The notes under the pieces were generated by a model. It worked only from the letters and a program-made list of their open reading frames with translations. It made no database searches and was not told the DNA's origin. From contig JAZQRW010000058.1 of assembly GCA_045629765.1 (NCBI GenBank), forward strand, positions 1 through 35,751: DNA of 35,751 nucleotides. Direction: 5' to 3'. Below are positions 28,943-35,751 of the stretch, in pieces. This DNA is from Eubacteriales bacterium. Lineage in GTDB: Bacteria > Bacillota > Clostridia > Oscillospirales > CAG-272. The position numbers and the translations under genes are program-made. Position 1 is the first letter of the stretch. Each line of letters starts with the position of its first letter.

Positions 28943-31372
28943 ATGGACAATTTTGATACCAATGATAAGAACAAAAATGAGGGCGCCGGGGGCGGTTTTT
29001 TTGCCTATTTAAAAAATGCTACCCAATGTGCAATAGAAAGCAGACGCACGGAAAATAATGCACCGCTGTTTGATATATTTGCTTTCGTAGTAACACTTGT
29101 GTTTGCCAGATGCCATATTGCCTTTGGCGCATATCCTTTGGCAATTGCGTTTATAGCAGTTTTGCCGGGAAGGGTTTGGCTGGCGGCACTCGGCGGAGCT
29201 GTCGGTGCTTTGACTCTTGGCGGTGTGGGGGTAATTTACGCTATGATGTGCGCTTTGGTCGTCTTCTTGCGCATTATAGTTTCCGGAACGGAGCGCGGAG
29301 CTGACGGTGAAGTGCAACCACTGTTTCGCGAAAGCCTTCTCTTACGAATGTCGAGCGCAACGATTGTCGGCTTTGTTGGTGGGGTGTACGAAATACTCCT
29401 AAGCGGGTTTACGCTGACGACCGTTCTTTTTGGAGTGAGTATGGTGCTTATACCGCCAATTGTGTGCTTCTTGTTTTCCGGGATATTCGAAAATACCTTC
29501 ACGTTGAAGAGTATAATGCACGATAACTCTCCGATTTTCAGTCTTAAGGGAAAGTCGCAGAATGAAAAATATAGCATTGTATTTTATCAGGTTTCTGCAT
29601 TGATTTTTATGTGCTTCATTGGATATGCACTGAAAAATTATCAGATTTTAGGCATAGATTTTGCGTATATTTACGTGGGTATATTAACCGTTTTTACCGC
29701 AAAACGCTTTGGTTCGTTAAGGGGAGGAGCGGTAGGATTTGTTTCTGCACTCGGACTTAGCAGCGTGTATTCGGTTGCCTTTGCGTTAGCGGGAATACTT
29801 CTTGGCTTTGTTTTTAAAATGGGATCGATTTATGCACTCGTCTCGGGTGGAGCTATCATAGGATTTTGGAGCGCGTATGTGGGTGGTGTGTCGCTTTTCT
29901 TAGGTGTTTTACCCGAATATGTAATTGCTGTCGTGTTCTCACTTCCTATACTTAAAAGAACCGAGCGCGAAAGGGCAGAGAGCGAGAATTTTAACCTAGG
30001 TACGTCGCTTAAGGATATGGTTGGCACGATGGTACTTTCCTACAGAAATAAATATACAGGTTCGCTTAATAGGCTTGAAGAGTCCTTGGGGGCAATGTCA
30101 AGAATAATACGCACAGAGAGCGCGCGACGCACTAAGCCTACGAAGCAGGACACCTCTGATATGATAAAATCGATCATGCAACCGCTATGTGAAAACTGTC
30201 CTGCGTATCACGCTTGTATGAGCGACAAAGAACGCTCATTGCCAAATAATGTTGAAGATATGTCAACCATACTTTGCAAAAACGGCAGTATAGAGGTTAG
30301 CGATATTGAAATTGCGTCGGACTTCTGTAATATGAAATCGATAATTTGCGACGAGGTTAACCGTGAATATGCATCGCTTTACCGTGACAAATATGCCGCG
30401 TATAAGCGCGAGAGTACCGCAGATGACTTTGATTTAATTTGTAAGCTTATAAATGAAGCGCGCGCAATTGACACGGAGGAAAAGTCGAACAACGAGGAGC
30501 TATCAAGAAAAGTAAAGGACGAGCTTGAGGTTTTAGGAATATTTGATGCAACAGTCGCGGTTCTGGGAATAAGAGAAATACGCGTATTCTTGGCAATGGA
30601 GGATAGGACGGGAGGAAGAATAACGTCGCCAAAAATTCAAGAGGGGATTGTCAAGGCTACCGGTATGCAATTCGGTACGCCTGAATATTTCAGAAAAGAC
30701 GATATGGTTTTAATGGAATGCGCGGTAATTCCGAGGCTTAAGGCCTATAGCGCAACTGCGGGCATGTGTGGCACAAGAGAGGATATTTCAGGTGATAGCG
30801 TAGCTTGCTTTGAAAGCGCGGACGACCATTATTATGCGCTTATTTCCGATGGAATGGGCAGCGGCGAGGAGGCGCGGGATACGTCGGGATTTGTGACGGA
30901 TTTTATGAGCAGGGCGCTTGACGGTGCGTCACAAAAAGTCACTATGCTAAAGCTTCTTAACCACTTGGTTTTAAGAAGAAGCAAGGAGACCTCTGCAACG
31001 GTAGATTTGTTTGGACTTGATTTAATTGGCGGCGGTGCAATGTTTCTAAAATGTGGCGCTGTATCTTCGTATATCAAGCGTGGGTCATCAATTTTCCGTA
31101 TTCGCTCGCGTACAACGCCTTTGGGACTTATGAAGGAACTTGATGCTGAGCATATAAAGGTCGACGTGCAGGCTGAGGATTATATAATTATGTTCTCTGA
31201 TGGGGTGTGTCAGACGGATAGTGAGAATCCGTGGCTTATTGAAGCTCTTAGCCGCCCACCCAAAAAGAGTCTTAAGGAGTATGCGGATTATCTTCTCTCA
31301 GTGGCGAAGAAAAATTGTTCGCTTGATGATGATATGACGGTTCTTGTAACTAAAATCGGGACGCAGTCATAA
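28943..31372 (+). CDS. spoIIE: Stage II sporulation protein E (membrane PP2C phosphatase)
   Basis: Multiple N-terminal TM helices, central CENC...C motif and PP2C motifs SGD, ISDGMGSG, ATVD, FSDG, DDMTV. 0A boxes upstream. Confidence 0.9.
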   Translation: MDNFDTNDKNKNEGAGGGFFAYLKNATQCAIESRRTENNAPLFDIFAFVVTLVFARCHIAFGAYPLAIAFIAVLPGRVWLAALGGAVGALTLGGVGVIYAMMCALVVFLRIIVSGTERGADGEVQPLFRESLLLRMSSATIVGFVGGVYEILLSGFTLTTVLFGVSMVLIPPIVCFLFSGIFENTFTLKSIMHDNSPIFSLKGKSQNEKYSIVFYQVSALIFMCFIGYALKNYQILGIDFAYIYVGILTVFTAKRFGSLRGGAVGFVSALGLSSVYSVAFALAGILLGFVFKMGSIYALVSGGAIIGFWSAYVGGVSLFLGVLPEYVIAVVFSLPILKRTERERAESENFNLGTSLKDMVGTMVLSYRNKYTGSLNRLEESLGAMSRIIRTESARRTKPTKQDTSDMIKSIMQPLCENCPAYHACMSDKERSLPNNVEDMSTILCKNGSIEVSDIEIASDFCNMKSIICDEVNREYASLYRDKYAAYKRESTADDFDLICKLINEARAIDTEEKSNNEELSRKVKDELEVLGIFDATVAVLGIREIRVFLAMEDRTGGRITSPKIQEGIVKATGMQFGTPEYFRKDDMVLMECAVIPRLKAYSATAGMCGTREDISGDSVACFESADDHYYALISDGMGSGEEARDTSGFVTDFMSRALDGASQKVTMLKLLNHLVLRRSKETSATVDLFGLDLIGGGAMFLKCGAVSSYIKRGSSIFRIRSRTTPLGLMKELDAEHIKVDVQAEDYIIMFSDGVCQTDSENPWLIEALSRPPKKSLKEYADYLLSVAKKNCSLDDDMTVLVTKIGTQS

Positions 31373-31435
31373 AGGGCAAAAACGACACATACTCGTCTTT
31401 TAATCGAAGAAAGTGTCGCTAAAAAGGCGAAAAAG

Positions 31436-31477
31436 AAAAGTACGGTATCGCGCAAAAGGCATAGATACCGTACTTTT
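31436..31477. terminator. Bidirectional terminator between spoIIE and the HtrA-like gene
   Basis: AAAAGTACGGTATC...GATACCGTACTTTT perfect 14-bp arms. Confidence 0.85.
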
Positions 31478-31491
31478 GATATTATATTAGC

Positions 31492-32712
31492 TTATTTCCA
31501 AAGTGTCAGTGCGCTCTGAGTAATCAATATATCAACAACCATTTTCTCGCCGCCTCGAACGATACCGAAGGTTACGACATCACCTACTCTTGCATTGAGC
31601 ATAACGTCAACTACGTTGTGCATACGGAATACGTTGAAGGTCTCATCGTGGATTGTGATATACTCGATAATATCGCCCTCCTGAAGCTTGCCTATGGCAA
31701 TGCTGGTGTCGGTGAGTGATTGTATTTCTACGGTTTCGCGCTTTAGGAGCTTTCCTGTTTCTTCGTCGTATACCGTGTAATATTTTGCGCCGTATACAGT
31801 GATACCGAGCAGACATCTGTACATATTCTGCGTTGGCTTTTCATCGCAGTAATAAAGAATGCTATCACTAACGTATTTAACTACGTTTGATGGAATAGCA
31901 TATCCCATACCCTCAACGTTGTTGCTTACAATCTTTGCGTTTACAATACCGATGAGCTGACCTTGATTGTTAAAAAGACCGCCGCCGGAGTTACCGCCGT
32001 TAACCGCTGCATCTGTACGCATAACGCGCATCTGCATCGTTCCGGAGCCATCTGTCGCTGTCATGCTCAGCTCCTCACTCTCAACCGTGATTACGCCGCA
32101 CGTTACGGAAATACCCTCACCCTGTGCGTTTCCTATGGCAATTGCGGTTTCAAATACTGACACATCATCGGAGTTAGCAAATTCTACCGCCATGGCGTTG
32201 CTCTCGACTAAAACTCTACTGCCTGTTACTTTAAGTATTGCAATATCATACTGCATTGAGCCGCCGACGTAGGTGGCAGGGATTGCGTAGTCAATGAATT
32301 CCTGTCCGTAGAGAAGGCAGTTTATAGTAGTGCTGATTTTGTTCGCATTCGGAGATTTAGTATCGTATAAGACGTGGTAGTTGGTAATGATGTACGCATC
32401 GCCTCTCGCCTTATCGAGCTTATATATAACTCCCGAGCCTACCGCGTTGTCACATATAACGCTAACGCTGCTGAGCAACGCTTTTGTTGCGCAGATATTG
32501 CTCTCGACCTTCTCGATAGTAATGTAGTTGTTGTCACCCCCCTGCACCGTTACGTTGCCGGTAAGTGAGTTGTTGATCATATTCTGGACGTCCTCTTGCG
32601 TGAGCGTAGAGGTATTTCCACTGTCTAATCTGAAGCTCGGCCAAATGGCTAAGCACGAGGTCAGTGAGAGCATTGTTGCAATAAGTATAAGTAGTGCCAG
32701 GATTCTCTTCAT
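31492..32712 (-). CDS. HtrA/DegP-like S1C serine protease with PDZ domain, probable lipoprotein
   Basis: Lipobox-like LSLTS-C, GSGVIY, ITNYHV, DIAILKV, DAAVNGGNSGG and a C-terminal PDZ-like region. Confidence 0.9.
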   Translation of the reverse strand: MKRILALLILIATMLSLTSCLAIWPSFRLDSGNTSTLTQEDVQNMINNSLTGNVTVQGGDNNYITIEKVESNICATKALLSSVSVICDNAVGSGVIYKLDKARGDAYIITNYHVLYDTKSPNANKISTTINCLLYGQEFIDYAIPATYVGGSMQYDIAILKVTGSRVLVESNAMAVEFANSDDVSVFETAIAIGNAQGEGISVTCGVITVESEELSMTATDGSGTMQMRVMRTDAAVNGGNSGGGLFNNQGQLIGIVNAKIVSNNVEGMGYAIPSNVVKYVSDSILYYCDEKPTQNMYRCLLGITVYGAKYYTVYDEETGKLLKRETVEIQSLTDTSIAIGKLQEGDIIEYITIHDETFNVFRMHNVVDVMLNARVGDVVTFGIVRGGEKMVVDILITQSALTLWK

Positions 32713-32731
32713 TTTTGTGCCTTTCGTTTAA

Positions 32732-33865
32732 TCATTTATGCTTCATATCATTCTTGAAATATTGATAAAGATAGCATGGAAGCATACCGTTGTAAAGCTT
32801 TTTGATTTTATCGGCGCGTTTGCCATATAGCTTCTCAAAGCCTTGATGTGATGTTATGATATATGCTTGCCAGGGGGCGAGTGAACGGAAGTGGTGGCCT
32901 ATATCGCGGTAGAGTGCTTCAATTTCCGCCATAGTACCCATTCTCTCACCGTATGGCGGATTGGTTACTATCGTTGCTCGTCTGCCGGGCGCGCCAATGG
33001 TTCTTGCATCACGCTCGAAAATACGCATATTGTCAATTACTCCTGCAGCCTTGGCATTACGAACCGCCATAGCGATACAGTTCTTGTCAATATCGGTAGC
33101 GTAAACCTGGAAGTCGGTCTTTACCTCGCCCTCGCGAGCCTCCTCACGCGCATCGTCAAAGCGGCTGACGCCAATAAAGGGGAAGTCCTCGGCTACAAAG
33201 TGTCTGTTAACGCCGGGTGCGATGTTGCGCATCATCATTGCCGCCTCGATAGCGATAGTACCGCTACCGCACATCGGGTCCCAGAACAGAACCTCTTCGC
33301 GAGGACGCGAGGTATCTACGATTGCCGCCGCCAAGGTTTCACGAATAGGGGCGGAATTATTCTCCTTGCGGTATCCGCGCTTATGAAGCGGCATAGAGCC
33401 TGTGGTGTCAATCATCAGAGTTGCCTCATCGTTTAAAATAAAGAATTCAACCTGGTATTTAACGCCTTCTTCCTTGAAGTATGAGATACCGTAAGTGGAT
33501 TCCATACTACGAACTATTGCTTTTTTTACAATTGACTGACAGTCGGGAATAGAGGTTAATTTTGATTTGATTGAATGACCTTTTACGGGAAAACAATCGT
33601 TTTTGCCAACAAAAGTTGACCAAGGGAGTGCTCTTGTACCTTCAAACAGCTCATCAAATGTTTCTGCTCGGAACGAACCAAGCTTTATAAATATACGCTC
33701 GGCAAAGCGCAAAAATACGTTTGAGAGTGCCACTGCCTCCTCATCGCCGAGGAAGGTGACTCTGCCGTTTATAGTAGATATACGCTCGTATCCAAGCTTG
33801 TCAATCTCCTGTCCGAGCTGATGCTCGAGTCCAAACAGACATGTTGCTACTAATTCAAGTTTCAT
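32732..33865 (-). CDS. THUMP-domain SAM-dependent RNA methyltransferase (RlmL/YpsC-like)
   Basis: LHKRGYR, APIRETLAAA, DPMCGSGT and TNPPYG. Confidence 0.92.
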   Translation of the reverse strand: MKLELVATCLFGLEHQLGQEIDKLGYERISTINGRVTFLGDEEAVALSNVFLRFAERIFIKLGSFRAETFDELFEGTRALPWSTFVGKNDCFPVKGHSIKSKLTSIPDCQSIVKKAIVRSMESTYGISYFKEEGVKYQVEFFILNDEATLMIDTTGSMPLHKRGYRKENNSAPIRETLAAAIVDTSRPREEVLFWDPMCGSGTIAIEAAMMMRNIAPGVNRHFVAEDFPFIGVSRFDDAREEAREGEVKTDFQVYATDIDKNCIAMAVRNAKAAGVIDNMRIFERDARTIGAPGRRATIVTNPPYGERMGTMAEIEALYRDIGHHFRSLAPWQAYIITSHQGFEKLYGKRADKIKKLYNGMLPCYLYQYFKNDMKHK

Positions 33866-33900
33866 AGGTTATAAGGATAAGTCCAATCTTAGTAATAGTG

Positions 33901-34776
33901 CTATTTTTTAGGAATATAGTTTTCGAAAATTACGGTGTCAAAGCCGTGTGCAATAGCCTCTTTCTCTTCCTCCTCGCTTTTTACAGTCCAGGTAATGAGT
34001 GCGGGCATAAACTTCTTTCGTACATAGATGAGATTAGGCTCCGCGTATCCGTCTTTCTCATAAGCTATAAACGACGGACGCATAAGGAAGTTGAAGTATA
34101 AATGCTGAAGCAGGAAGTGAAGCGGACTGTGCTTATATTTTTCGCTGTGGCTATAGCGTGTTGAAAGAAAGCCGATAGGAACCTCCGGCATAACCTTTTT
34201 AAATTCGCGAAGAGTGAAGGGATTGAAGGATTCAACGATATATTTGCCTTGATAATCCTTGATTACCTCGGCGAGCTTGTCTGCCACGCCGTTCTCCTCA
34301 CCGTTGAAGCACTTCATTTCAATAAGAAGCGGAACAGCTCCGTCGATAAGCTTTAATACGTCGCTAAAAAGAGGAATTGTGTCGGTTGTGCCAAGAAGCG
34401 AAAGCTCTTTAAGCTCACCGTAGGTGTAGTCGACAATCTTACCATCGGTGGCGCACATACGCTCAAGCGTGCCGTCGTGGAAGACTATAAGCTCGCCGTC
34501 CTTAGTGAGTCTTACGTCAAGCTCGATGCCGAAGCCCTGCTCCTTTGCGAGCCTGAATGCCGTTAATGAGTTTTCCGGCACGGTATCGGAGTGAAGGCCT
34601 CGGTGGGCAAACTTCACTCCCTTCATTTCCTCAAGAAGAGGGGATACCTTACTTGTTTTTAGTAAAAAGTTCTTTAAAAATAGCCAAATAATGCAGAGTC
34701 CTAGAAGAACGGCAACCGTTATTAAAACCGGTATATACCATTTAATTTGTACGGAAAGCGCTGTTAAAATGGGCAT
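33901..34776 (-). CDS. Glycerophosphodiester phosphodiesterase with N-terminal TM
   Basis: AHRGLH, PENSLTAF, IELDVRLTKDG, VFHD, IEMK and ESFNP. Confidence 0.92.
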   Translation of the reverse strand: MPILTALSVQIKWYIPVLITVAVLLGLCIIWLFLKNFLLKTSKVSPLLEEMKGVKFAHRGLHSDTVPENSLTAFRLAKEQGFGIELDVRLTKDGELIVFHDGTLERMCATDGKIVDYTYGELKELSLLGTTDTIPLFSDVLKLIDGAVPLLIEMKCFNGEENGVADKLAEVIKDYQGKYIVESFNPFTLREFKKVMPEVPIGFLSTRYSHSEKYKHSPLHFLLQHLYFNFLMRPSFIAYEKDGYAEPNLIYVRKKFMPALITWTVKSEEEEKEAIAHGFDTVIFENYIPKK

Positions 34777-34811
34777 AAATAGTTGACTCCTTATGAGTTA
34801 TGAGAGGTTGA

Positions 34812-35750
34812 TTAGTCGTCGTCTGCGCCTGCAAGACTCTCGAGTGCGCCCTGTGTCTCAGGCTTTGAGTCACCGTGCTTAACGAAGAACATAGTTATGA
34901 ATGAAAGCGCAACGAAGATTGTACCGAATGCGAAGAAGGTATATCTCATACCCTCTACGTCGTCTGCGCCAACCATATAACCGGCAAGCTTGTAAATAGC
35001 ACCGGAGAGGATAGGAGCGACAATCTGCGCTGACATAGAAGCGGTGTAGTAATAACCGGTATACTTTCCAACCTCGCCGCCCTTAGCAAGCTCAACTACC
35101 ATCGGGAATGAATTAACGTTGATTGTAGCCCAGCCGATACCCGCAAGAATAAACACGGGATACATAGCAAACTCCGGAGTGCTGAACGTTATAAAGTTGG
35201 CGATAAAGAATGCAGATGCAAGCATTACAACGCCTGCAAGAATAGTTTTTCTTCTACCAATTTTAGACGCTATGATACCAACGGGAATATAGGTGATGAT
35301 TGCCGCTGCCTGTGCAATGATAAGCGTAAGGTTGAAGTCGAAGAACAGAATATTGGTAGCGTAAACGGAATACTTACTCGTGATTGAGTTATAGCCGATG
35401 TACCAAAGGGCAACGGATGCAAGAATAAGGAACAGAGATTTTAATTCAGCAGAGCTGAGAGTTCTCTTGGGTTCTGCAGTGATGCTGCTTGTAACCTCTT
35501 TGTTTTTCGGTGCGGCGTCACCGGACTCTTCTATTCCAAGCTCCTTGGTTTGCTCTTCCATTTCCTTAGCCCACTTGTTTTCTTTTACGGTAGCGATGAA
35601 GATAACCAAGCCTATAATCATAATAGCGCATACGGATAAAACGTAACCGGTATACTGCATATACTTATTGCCTGAGGTTTTAAATATGATGCCTAAGACA
35701 AGCACGAGAATGCCGCCGGCCGTACCCATAAGGTTGATAACTGCGTTACC
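34812..35750 (-). CDS. MFS transporter (sugar/glycoside type), 5'-truncated by window edge
   Basis: Frame is open to the window end. Multiple TM helices, GIIASKIGRRKT motif-A-like loop and GWATINVNSFPMV. Confidence 0.88.
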   Translation of the reverse strand, partial: GNAVINLMGTAGGILVLVLGIIFKTSGNKYMQYTGYVLSVCAIMIIGLVIFIATVKENKWAKEMEEQTKELGIEESGDAAPKNKEVTSSITAEPKRTLSSAELKSLFLILASVALWYIGYNSITSKYSVYATNILFFDFNLTLIIAQAAAIITYIPVGIIASKIGRRKTILAGVVMLASAFFIANFITFSTPEFAMYPVFILAGIGWATINVNSFPMVVELAKGGEVGKYTGYYYTASMSAQIVAPILSGAIYKLAGYMVGADDVEGMRYTFFAFGTIFVALSFITMFFVKHGDSKPETQGALESLAGADDD

Positions 35751-35751
35751 C

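Overview
Chromosomal core-genome window from a spore-forming Firmicute (Clostridia-like, inferred from gene content). In order: the 3' end of gyrA; uncharacterised lipoprotein, HTH and membrane-protein genes around rnj; parB-parA; a ~2.9 kb stretch with no credible ORF that holds two perfect parS sites and many short tandem duplications; a histidine phosphatase; the hrcA-grpE-dnaK-dnaJ operon with a perfect CIRCE; rny; a 25-aa spoVM missed by the ORF track; ymdB-mnmG; birA-truB-addA; spoIIE with Spo0A boxes; and an MFS-GDPD-RNA methyltransferase-HtrA cluster running off the right edge. No CRISPR array, rRNA, tRNA, transposase or prophage was recognised. Two observations stand out. (1) In the parS-containing non-coding block, the repeat periods (10, 21, 31, 31, 31, 74 bp) and A/T-tract spacing all sit near multiples of the DNA helical repeat, suggesting a curved, centromere-like structural DNA element. 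(2) An XRE-HTH protein with a long flexible linker and a MinD/RocS-like C-terminal amphipathic helix lies between gyrA and parAB, a candidate DNA-membrane tether. Both interpretations are inference and untested.
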